DNA of 61,695 nucleotides from Actinomycetota bacterium (GTDB taxonomy: Bacteria > Actinomycetota > Humimicrobiia > Humimicrobiales > Humimicrobiaceae): the NCBI GenBank assembly GCA_016870615.1, contig VGAZ01000002.1:1-61695 (forward strand), in the 5' to 3' direction. Shown one piece after another: positions 20,954-29,296 of this stretch. The translations under genes and the position numbers were made by a program. Within the stretch, counting starts at the first letter, position 1; each line of letters begins with the position of its first letter. The notes under the pieces were generated by a model that had not been told where the DNA came from, searched no databases, and saw nothing but the letters and a program-made list of their open reading frames with translations.

Positions 20954-22312
20954 TTAAGCTTTTAAGTACAATCCGTAAAGGCCGTCGCGGTATTTTTTTT
21001 GGGCTCTTACGCCAATTATCCTGCATTTATTTTTGCTGAAGTCCTCCCTGCCAATATTAAAATAAACCCTGACATAATTTTCAGAAGTGCCTGATGCAAT
21101 GCCGGATATACTGTCATATTTTTCGCAGACAACATCAAGCCTGCATCCTGTTAAGTTTCCGATATAAAGATCCCGCATTTTATCAGTTATTTCTCTTGCA
21201 ATACTGCTTCTTCTGGATTTGGCTTTTTCATCTACCTGCCCTTCCATACTATATGCCCCGGTAAGCGGGCGCCTTGAATATTTAAACACATGAGTTTTTT
21301 TAAAATCTGCTTTTTTCACTGCATATAAAGTATCATTGAAATCATCTTCTTTTTCTGTTGGAAACCCCACTATAATGTCTGTTGTCAGAACCAGCCCTGG
21401 AATTGATTCTTTTAATTTTTCCACCATTTCGAGGAAAAAACTGCAGGTGTAATGCCTGTTCATTGCTTTAAGTATTCTTTCGCTCCCGCTCTGCAAAGGA
21501 ATATGCAGGTGCGGGGCAATCCTGCCCCCTGAGTATTGCAGGATTTTAATCAAGTGATTATCTATTTCATTTATTTCTATTGAACTTAAACGTATTCTTT
21601 TAACTTTTGTATTTTCAAGTGTTTTGCATAGAAGTCCTGCAAGACTTAATGCGGGCAATTCTTTATGCATTCCTGCAAAATCTATTCCATATTTGCCTAT
21701 ATGAATCCCAGTAAAAACCACCTCGTCATAATTTTTTTCAGTAAAATAATTCACTTTACTTATAACTTCATCCGGGCCGGCGCTCCTGTATTTGCCCCTT
21801 GCAAGCGGGACAATGCAGTATCTGCAATCCTGCTGGCATCCGTCCTGGATTTTTACCAGCGCCCTGCTACGGGCCGGCAGAAGATTTATGTTTTGAGGCA
21901 AGACACCTGCTTGTCTTCGGGGCAGTGAAATACTGTTTTTGCCGCTTTCCTGCCTGTGATTTTGGAAATCAATAATACCGGGAATTTTTCCTTTTTCATC
22001 ATTCTGTATAATTAAATCAGCTCCAAGTTTTTTTAGCTCTTCGCTGTTAAATACTGCATGGCAGCCGGTTACAATAATTTTTGAACATGGGTTTGAAGCC
22101 CTTGACTTCCTCAGATACTGCCTTACCTTCTTTGCAGCAGCAGACGTGACGGTGCAGGTATTAATTATTATAATATCCGGCCTGGCGGCAAGTTCTACAG
22201 GAAAATATCCTTTTTCGGCAAGCCGGCATAATATTTCATCAGATTCACACTGATTGGTCTTACACCCGCAAGAATAAATGTGAAAAGATTTTTGTCCTGG
22301 TTTATTTGGCAT
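20954..22312 (-). CDS. mtaB: Radical SAM methylthiotransferase, MtaB-like
   Basis: 452 aa. Radical SAM CQQDCRYC, N-terminal MTTase Cys residues, C-terminal TRAM-like region. Follows rsmE as yqeU-yqeV do in Bacillus. Confidence 0.8.
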   Translation of the reverse strand: MPNKPGQKSFHIYSCGCKTNQCESDEILCRLAEKGYFPVELAARPDIIIINTCTVTSAAAKKVRQYLRKSRASNPCSKIIVTGCHAVFNSEELKKLGADLIIQNDEKGKIPGIIDFQNHRQESGKNSISLPRRQAGVLPQNINLLPARSRALVKIQDGCQQDCRYCIVPLARGKYRSAGPDEVISKVNYFTEKNYDEVVFTGIHIGKYGIDFAGMHKELPALSLAGLLCKTLENTKVKRIRLSSIEINEIDNHLIKILQYSGGRIAPHLHIPLQSGSERILKAMNRHYTCSFFLEMVEKLKESIPGLVLTTDIIVGFPTEKEDDFNDTLYAVKKADFKKTHVFKYSRRPLTGAYSMEGQVDEKAKSRRSSIAREITDKMRDLYIGNLTGCRLDVVCEKYDSISGIASGTSENYVRVYFNIGREDFSKNKCRIIGVRAQKKYRDGLYGLYLKA

Positions 22313-22348
22313 TAAATTTCATCCTGATACTTTTAGCATAAAATGCAG

Positions 22349-23125
22349 CTAAGTTATTTTTGAGGATTTTACAATGTAATCAATTATGCTCAGGAAATAT
22401 ATGGCTGCTGTTTCAGATCTTAATATGTTTTTGCCGAAATTAAATGGCAGCGCACCATTTTTTATAAGATTTTCCTTCTCATAATCCTCAAAACCGCCTT
22501 CCGGCCCAATGATATATGATAATTGGCATCCTTTTTTTAAAATATTTTTTTCTAAAAAGTCCCGTTCAGCAATAAAAGCGCTATGCGGCGCACATAAATT
22601 ACCGGTTTCTTCAAAAGCTGCATATAATACACCATTAACAGGGGCAGATATGCTCCCGATATTTTCAGGAGGATTAATGGCTGCCTTAAAATCCCTTTTG
22701 CACTGTTTTGATGCTTCAATGGCTATCTGCTGCCACCTTAAAAGTTTTTTTTGCCTGGTTTTTTCATCCTTAAAATCAAAAACAGCTCTCCTGCTGATTA
22801 CGGGCGTTATACTGTCTATACCGATTTCAACAGTTTTTTGTATTGCTGTTTCCATCGCTTCCTTTTTCAGTATGCATAAAAATAGGGTCACTGCCGGCAA
22901 TGATTTTTTTATAATGGTTTTACCTGTTATAGAAAGTATTGCCCTATCTTTTTTTATATTTGAAATTTCTGTTTTATATTTCAGTCCTGCATTATCTGAA
23001 ACATAAACTTCCTGTCCGGTTTTTGCCCGCAAGACTTTTACAAGGTGGAAAAAATCATCCCCTTCAAGAATAATTGAATTGTTTTCAATAATATTGTTTT
23101 GCTGGAAAAAATAAGGACTGCTCAT
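22349..23125 (-). CDS. rsmE: 16S rRNA (uracil1498-N3)-methyltransferase RsmE
   Basis: Start trimmed to Met37 of the track ORF (MSSPYFFQQ...GDDFFHLVKVLR), which removes the overlap with dnaJ. C-terminal SPOUT motif IIGPEGGF...LRSETA. Confidence 0.85.
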   Translation of the reverse strand: MSSPYFFQQNNIIENNSIILEGDDFFHLVKVLRAKTGQEVYVSDNAGLKYKTEISNIKKDRAILSITGKTIIKKSLPAVTLFLCILKKEAMETAIQKTVEIGIDSITPVISRRAVFDFKDEKTRQKKLLRWQQIAIEASKQCKRDFKAAINPPENIGSISAPVNGVLYAAFEETGNLCAPHSAFIAERDFLEKNILKKGCQLSYIIGPEGGFEDYEKENLIKNGALPFNFGKNILRSETAAIYFLSIIDYIVKSSKIT

Positions 23126-23153
23126 GATATTATAAACTGCCTGACAGGATTTT

Positions 23154-24305
23154 TTATTTTCTGAAAGCATTTTTGATGCTAGAAAAAATACCTGATGCCC
23201 CATCTCCTGTAAGTTCTTCACGGCCTTCAGCATACTTTTTCAGCAATTTTATTTCTTCAGCTGTAAGGTCTGCCGGTATTTTTACATTTAAAGAAATGAT
23301 ATGGTCTCCCCGCCTGCTGCCCGACAATGGGGTTATGCCTTTACCTCTTAAAGTGATTTTGGTTCCGGGCTGGGTGCCTGGCTTTACATTTACTTCCTCC
23401 TGCCCGTCAAGAGTTTCAATGTCCAGCCTGGTGCCAAGAGCGGCCTGTGCAAAAGATATATCAAATACGCTTACAACATTATCTCCGTCCCTCTCAAGGC
23501 CCGGATGGGGCTTAACATTTATCCTGATAAGCAAATCCCCGCTAATAGACGCGGAACCCTTCGAATTGCCTTTCTGTTGAACCCTGAGCTGCATTCCGCT
23601 GCTTACTCCGGAAGGAATATCAACTGAAATATTTTTTTCCTGCCTTATATAACCCCTTCCCTCGCAATTTTTACAGGGTTTTGCTATAACTGTTCCTTTC
23701 CCGCTGCAGTTTTCGCATGCAGATGTAGTTATAAGGCTGCCAAGAAAAGTATTCCTGCTGGTTCTTACCTGGCCCAAGCCGCCGCAGACAGTGCATTTGA
23801 TTATATCTGCCTCATTTTCTGCTCCAGTGCCGCCGCAATGCCGGCAATTAACGTCTGCGGTGTATTTGATATCTTTCTTAACGCCAAAAGCAGCTTCTTT
23901 AAAATCAATTGTTATGTCACTGTAGACATCTGATCCGCGGCTCGGCCTGCGCGAGCTTCCCCGGGAAGATGAAAAACTTCCTCCAAATCCTCCTCCAAAA
24001 AACATATTGAATATGTCCCCAAACCCGAATTCAGAAAATACGCTGTCAAAATTTATTCCATCAAACAAGCTGCTGTTAAACCCGCAGGTGTCGTACTGTC
24101 TTCTCTTTTCTTCATTGCTTAAAATGGCATATGCCTCAGATATTTCTTTAAACCGTTCCTCATGTTCCGCGCTTCCGTTATTTACATCAGGGTGGTACTT
24201 TCTTGCAAGTTTGCGGTAAGACTGCTTAATTTCACTCAGGGTGCAGTCTTTTGAAACTCCAAGAACTTCATAATAATCTCTTTTCTGCCCGGCCAATTTT
24301 ATCAC
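23154..24305 (-). CDS. dnaJ: Molecular chaperone DnaJ
   Basis: J domain with HPD (KYHPDVN), a G/F region, and four CxxCxGxG repeats (CRHCGGTG, CTVCGGLG, CENCSGKG, CKNCEGRG). Confidence 0.93.
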   Translation of the reverse strand: MIKLAGQKRDYYEVLGVSKDCTLSEIKQSYRKLARKYHPDVNNGSAEHEERFKEISEAYAILSNEEKRRQYDTCGFNSSLFDGINFDSVFSEFGFGDIFNMFFGGGFGGSFSSSRGSSRRPSRGSDVYSDITIDFKEAAFGVKKDIKYTADVNCRHCGGTGAENEADIIKCTVCGGLGQVRTSRNTFLGSLITTSACENCSGKGTVIAKPCKNCEGRGYIRQEKNISVDIPSGVSSGMQLRVQQKGNSKGSASISGDLLIRINVKPHPGLERDGDNVVSVFDISFAQAALGTRLDIETLDGQEEVNVKPGTQPGTKITLRGKGITPLSGSRRGDHIISLNVKIPADLTAEEIKLLKKYAEGREELTGDGASGIFSSIKNAFRK

Positions 24306-24319
24306 TCCAAATTTTATAT

Positions 24320-25372
24320 TTATCTTAAAATGTAATTATTTAATTTAAAAATATCCCTCAGGTTCTCTGTAAAAGCACTTATAATATTTATGACCCTGCA
24401 GTAATCCATTCTTTTAGGGCCAAGTACACCAATCATGCCTGTTGAATGCTCATATATTTTATACCTGGATGCCACAAGACTCAAGTCATCTGGCCCTTCC
24501 TCAAATATCTCTGCCCCTATTTTAATAATAACCTCCTCTTTTTCTGTAATACTTAAAAGAAGATCGGCAAGAAGGTACTCATTTTCAATAATTTGCAGTA
24601 TTCTCTGGATTTTTTTTACATCAATAAAATCAGGCTGGTTCAGTATCGATGACGTGCCGTGCACAAATATCCTGTTGTACAGAAATGCTTCCTCGGCACA
24701 GCTTTTTATTGCATCAATTATTTTCTTTAAAAGCGGGATAAGGCTTGAATCGCCCTCTGTTACTTTCACTTTTTTAAAATCCATATCGGCAATGCTTTTA
24801 CCCCTGAACTGCGAATTTATAATATTTGAAATACCCTGGAAATCCAGGCTGTTATATGTTGCGTCAATAATGAAATTTCTTTTAAAAACCCTTCCGGTAT
24901 CAGTTATGAGCACGAGAAGCAAATTTCCCCTGTTAATTTCAAGCAGTTCAAGATGGCGGAACTTGCTCTGGTATACTGCCGGGGCTACTATCATTGAGAG
25001 GTAGCTTGTTATTTTTGCAAGCTGCTCTGATGATTTTTTAAGTATTGAATCAATTTCCATTTCCCTGTTTATGTCTATTGCAATTTCCGGCATGCCTTTA
25101 TGGTCTGGCGCTGCAGGCAGAGCCTCTTCTTTTATAAAAGCATCAACAAAAAACCTGTATCCCATATCCGATGGAATTCTTCCGGCTGAAGTATGGGGAT
25201 GCGTCAGGTATCCGAGTTTTTCAAGTTCTGCCATTTCTTTCCTTATTGTAGCAGAACTTAAGCCAAGCTCAGTATTCTCAACAATATTCTGCGAGGAGAC
25301 CGGCTCAGCGCTTTCAATAAATCTCGCAATGACCTCTTTTAATATTTCTTTTTTTCTGTCAGTTAAATTCAT
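24320..25372 (-). CDS. hrcA: Heat-inducible transcription repressor HrcA
   Basis: 350 aa. N-terminal wHTH SSATIRKEMAELEKLGYLTHPHTSAGRIPS. Confidence 0.92.
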   Translation of the reverse strand: MNLTDRKKEILKEVIARFIESAEPVSSQNIVENTELGLSSATIRKEMAELEKLGYLTHPHTSAGRIPSDMGYRFFVDAFIKEEALPAAPDHKGMPEIAIDINREMEIDSILKKSSEQLAKITSYLSMIVAPAVYQSKFRHLELLEINRGNLLLVLITDTGRVFKRNFIIDATYNSLDFQGISNIINSQFRGKSIADMDFKKVKVTEGDSSLIPLLKKIIDAIKSCAEEAFLYNRIFVHGTSSILNQPDFIDVKKIQRILQIIENEYLLADLLLSITEKEEVIIKIGAEIFEEGPDDLSLVASRYKIYEHSTGMIGVLGPKRMDYCRVINIISAFTENLRDIFKLNNYILR

Positions 25373-25492
25373 GTTTTCTGTATTTTTTACAATTTGCCAA
25401 CATTACCATAATATGATAGCATTATAAAGAATAATAATTTATTAATACCTTTTGACAATAATATATTATAGTCAAAATTCTTTGAAAATTAA

Positions 25493-25590
25493 ATAAGGGC
25501 GTGTGGGGAGCTAAAGGCTGAGAGGGCATATATTATGTGCCGACCCTTTTAACCTGAACTAGGTAATACTAGCGTAGGGAAATCCAGGAT
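25493..25590 (+). promoter_or_regulatory. TPP (THI-box) riboswitch
   Basis: GGGGAGC...CTGAGA...ACCCTTTTAACCTGAACTAGGTAATACTAGCGTAGGGAA matches the THI-element consensus. Located upstream of the thiN and ABC transporter genes. Confidence 0.9.
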
Positions 25591-25600
25591 TTTTAAAATA

Positions 25601-25650
25601 CTACTGAATTATAAACAGCGGATTTTTACGCAGTTCAGTAGTTTTTTTAT
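25601..25650 (+). terminator. Riboswitch expression-platform terminator
   Basis: Stem CTACTGAA (25601-25608) / TTCAGTAG (25634-25641) followed by a run of 7 T. Confidence 0.75.
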
Positions 25651-25729
25651 TTTTTGGAGAAAAAAGGGGATGTTTTCCTTTTTCCATAATGCTTTGCGCC
25701 CCGTAAAAACGGAAGGAATTGTAATATAA

Positions 25730-26443
25730 ATGAAAAAACTAAAAGTAAAATCTTTTGAGAATTTTAAAAAAACAAATAAAAAAAATAGTAAAGCAATACT
25801 TGTTACAAATGGTAAAATTAATGATTATCCGGCATTATCCGGTATTCTTATAAAAACTTTTGGATACAGCAATGATGATTTTGTAATTGCTGCAGACGGT
25901 GGAGCTGGCAACTGCATAAATCTTAAGATATTTCCTGATGTAATAATTGGCGACATGGACAGTATTACGGCAAGTGTGCTGTCCAGATTAAACTCTACAT
26001 CAAAAGAATTAGAATTCATTAACTGCAGCCATGATAAAGACCAGAGCGACACCCAGCTTGCCCTTGATTATCTTAAAAGCAGGAATTTTAAAAAAGTGCT
26101 GGTCGCCGGCGCCCTTGGAGGCAGATTTGACCACAGCTTTGCAAATATTATGCTTCTGGCTTCTGAAAGTTATGAGGATATGGATATAAGCATAATTTCC
26201 GGCAGCAGTGAAATATTTATTGTTTCAGGACCATGCAGCATAAAAGGAACTGAAGGCAAAAAAATATCCATTTTTTCCCTCACTCCGTATGTATATTTTG
26301 AAAAAACTGCTGGGCTCAGGTACCGGTTAAAGAATGAAAAACTTTTTTTCAGCCCGGCAAGAGGGCTGAGCAATGAATTTATAAAAAATACTGTAAAGCT
26401 ATATTTTGAAAACGGCAAGCTTCTTATTGTCAGGGAAATCTAA
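25730..26443 (+). CDS. thiN: Thiamine diphosphokinase
   Basis: 237 aa. IAADGGAGN, IIGDMDSI and HDKDQSDTQLAL are typical of the TPK catalytic domain, followed by a C-terminal thiamine-binding domain. Confidence 0.88.
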   Translation: MKKLKVKSFENFKKTNKKNSKAILVTNGKINDYPALSGILIKTFGYSNDDFVIAADGGAGNCINLKIFPDVIIGDMDSITASVLSRLNSTSKELEFINCSHDKDQSDTQLALDYLKSRNFKKVLVAGALGGRFDHSFANIMLLASESYEDMDISIISGSSEIFIVSGPCSIKGTEGKKISIFSLTPYVYFEKTAGLRYRLKNEKLFFSPARGLSNEFIKNTVKLYFENGKLLIVREI

Positions 26444-26476
26444 AAGGATTTTATATTAAAAAAACATTTATAATAT

Positions 26477-27256
26477 ATGAAAAACGGTTTAAAAAATAAA
26501 ATATACCCGATTGTATTCTTTGCTGCCGTTTTAGGCACATGGGAAATCATATCTGCTGCAGGCATATTTGCTGCCTATATCCTCCCTGCCCCCGTCGCAA
26601 TCCTTATAAGCCTTTTCTCTGATTTTAAAAATATTGGCAGGCACAGCCTCATAACACTTTATGAGACTTTTACAGGCTTTTTTATAGCAGTGTTTTTATC
26701 TGTAATAGTTGCCTTAATCATGGATGCAGTTGTAACAGTAAAGAAAACTCTTTACCCTGTTATAATCATTTCACAGACAATACCAATTATTGTGCTGGCC
26801 CCCCTCTTTATCATCTGGTTCGGGTATGGATATCTTCCAAAAATAATTATTGTAATACTTATATGTTTTTTCCCTGTAACAGTAAGTTTTCTACAGGGGC
26901 TTTCAACTGCAGACAGGGAGCTGGTTGATCTGATGCGTTCAATGGGCGCAGATAAATACAGCATTTACCGTTTCGTAAAAATACCATCTGCAATGCCGGC
27001 TTTTTTTTCAGGGCTTAAAATTGCTGCAACCTACAGCATAATGGGAGCAACTATTGGTGAGTGGGTAGGCGGCAAAAGCGGGCTTGGGGTCTATATGATA
27101 AGGGCCAAGCACTCTTTTGCAACTGATAAGGTTTTTGCGGCAATACTTGTAATAACAGTCCTGAGCATAATATTTTTAAAGATTATTGAACTTGCCGAAA
27201 GAAAATACATGCCCTGGCTATATATGCCGGAAGATTTTTATATTGAAGAAAAATAA
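26477..27256 (+). CDS. thiX: ABC transporter permease (NitT/TauT family, ThiX-like)
   Basis: 259 aa, six TM helices, EAA-like loop DLMRSMGADKYSIYRFVKIPSAMP. Downstream of the TPP riboswitch. Confidence 0.75.
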   Translation: MKNGLKNKIYPIVFFAAVLGTWEIISAAGIFAAYILPAPVAILISLFSDFKNIGRHSLITLYETFTGFFIAVFLSVIVALIMDAVVTVKKTLYPVIIISQTIPIIVLAPLFIIWFGYGYLPKIIIVILICFFPVTVSFLQGLSTADRELVDLMRSMGADKYSIYRFVKIPSAMPAFFSGLKIAATYSIMGATIGEWVGGKSGLGVYMIRAKHSFATDKVFAAILVITVLSIIFLKIIELAERKYMPWLYMPEDFYIEEK

Positions 27257-27385
27257 GAAAAAGGGGATTTTTCCCTTTTTCCGGGTGCAGTCCAGTTTTT
27301 TTAAAAAATTTAAAATTTAGAGGCTAAAAGTTTAAATAAACAGAGCAGTTTGGTTTTTATCATAACTTTTTATGCCTCTAAGCAA

Positions 27386-28458
27386 ATGAAAGGAATGGTT
27401 ATGAAAATAATAAATAATAAAAGTCCGTCAGTATTGGATAAACACCGTTTTGCCTTTATTGCAGTTCTTATCCTTGCTCTTATTAGCGTTGCGGCTGCAG
27501 GCATTTTATCATGTTCAAAAAAACCTCTTCCTGAAGATAAGGAAACCGTATCTGCAGAATTGCAGCAGGTTACGGTTATGCTTGACTGGGTTCCCAATAC
27601 AAACCACACAGGCATATATGTTGCAAAAGATAAAGGTTATTATGAAAAAGCAGGCATGTCTGTAGAAATAATACAGCCCTCTGAGGGAGGCAGCGCTGAC
27701 CTTATTGCTGCAGGCAGGGCCCAGTTTGGTATAAGTTACCAGGAACAGGTGACATATGCGCGGACCGCAGATAACCCTCTGCCCGTTATTGCCATTGCTG
27801 CAATACTTCAGCACAATACTTCAGGATTTGCTTCACCTGCCGGTAAAAATATTAAATCCCCCGCAGATTTTGAGGGGAAAAAGTACGGGGGCTGGGGTTC
27901 CCCAATGGAAGAAGCAATATTGAAAGGTTTAATGGAAAAATATGGAAGTACTTTGACACGCTTGAAATTGTAAATATCGGGGCCGCAGACTTTTTCACCA
28001 GCGTTACAAAAGATGTAGACTTTACATGGATATATTACGGCTGGGATGGCGTAGCTGCTGAAGTAATGGGTTTTGATATTAACTTTTTGCTGCTTCAGGA
28101 CCTTGACAGCAGACTGGATTTCTATACTCCTGTCATTATAACCAGTGAAAAAACAGCAAGCCAAAACCCTGGACTGGTCATGGATTTTCTTGCTGCAACA
28201 GAAAAAGGCTACAGATTTGCAAAAGAAAACCCTGATGCAGCAGCAGCTTTACTGATTTCATATGTTCCAGAACTTGACATTGAGATTGTAAAAGCAAGCC
28301 AACAGTATCTGTCAGGCTGGTATATAACTGAGGGAAGAGGCTGGGGGTTTATGGATGAAAATACCTGGAAAACATTTGGCGATTGGATGTATGAGAATAA
28401 CCTTCTAAAGAGGCAGCTTGATTACAAAAAAGCTTTTACAAATGAGTATCTGCCATAA
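27386..28458 (+). pseudogene. thiY: NMT1/THI5-like substrate-binding lipoprotein (ThiY-like) interrupted by a frameshift
   Basis: Lipobox ILSC after the signal peptide. The protein continues from frame 2 (...MEKYGS, stop at 27971-27973) into frame 1 (open from 27874, reading [33 protein letters not shown]... and continuing into the 28066..28458 ORF). The shift is near 27949-27951. Confidence 0.75.
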
Positions 28459-28467
28459 AATCAATTA

Positions 28468-29265
28468 GTGGCTTTGTATTCGTTAATATTAAAGGGGATA
28501 AAAAATACGGCATTGAAGACAAAAGACAATATACTGATTGAAGTAAAAAACATAAAAAAAAGTTTTACAAACCTTCATACTATTGAAGATATATCACTTA
28601 CACTTGAAAAAAACCAGTTTGTTTCCATATTGGGGCCAAGCGGATGCGGAAAAAGCACACTTTTTGATATTATAGCCGGGCTGGAAAAGCCTGACAGGGG
28701 ATTTGTTTTTATTGGCGGGCACCAGTTTAACGGCAGGACCGGAAGGGTAAGTTATATGCACCAGAAGGACCTGCTGTTTCCCTGGAGCACTATTTTAGAT
28801 AATGTCTGTGTCCCCCTCATATTAAAGGGCTTAAGAAGAAAAGATGCTGCAATTAAAGCAAAAAAGCACTTCCCTGCATTTGGCCTGGAAGGTTTTGAAA
28901 AAAGCTATCCCTCCCAGCTTTCAGGAGGCATGCGACAGAGAGCTGCGCTTCTTCGCACTTATCTTTTTGCTGAAGATATAATGCTGCTTGATGAGCCTTT
29001 CGGCAGCCTTGATGCAATAACAAGGAAAAAAATGCAGATGTGGCTCCTTAAAATCTGGGAAAAAATAAATGCATCCATTCTTTTTATTACCCATGATATT
29101 GAAGAGGCAATCTTTCTTTCAGACAGGATTTATGTCCTTTCTGAAAGGCCTGCAATTGTAAAGAAAACTTTTGATATTGATATAAAGAGGCCAAGGGACA
29201 GCAGCATGCTGACATCGTCCGCATTTAATAATATAAAAAAACAAATATTTGAATTACTGTATTGA
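28468..29265 (+). CDS. thiZ: ABC transporter ATP-binding protein (ThiZ-like)
   Basis: Walker A GPSGCGKST, signature LSGGMRQR, Walker B LLDEPF. GTG start at 28468; an alternative TTG lies at 28513. Confidence 0.82.
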   Translation: MALYSLILKGIKNTALKTKDNILIEVKNIKKSFTNLHTIEDISLTLEKNQFVSILGPSGCGKSTLFDIIAGLEKPDRGFVFIGGHQFNGRTGRVSYMHQKDLLFPWSTILDNVCVPLILKGLRRKDAAIKAKKHFPAFGLEGFEKSYPSQLSGGMRQRAALLRTYLFAEDIMLLDEPFGSLDAITRKKMQMWLLKIWEKINASILFITHDIEEAIFLSDRIYVLSERPAIVKKTFDIDIKRPRDSSMLTSSAFNNIKKQIFELLY

Positions 29266-29296
29266 TGGATTAATGCCGTCTGCTGCACAGATTTGT

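Noticed and set aside
25373-25492. Search for a CIRCE operator upstream of hrcA. Also the palindrome TTTGAC-N14-GTCAAA at 25451-25476, which contains a TTGACA hexamer.
   Set aside because: No sequence approximates TTAGCACTC-N9-GAGTGCTAA. The TTGACA has no well-spaced -10 box on the plus strand (candidates are 9 or 19 nt away). The palindrome's role is undetermined.
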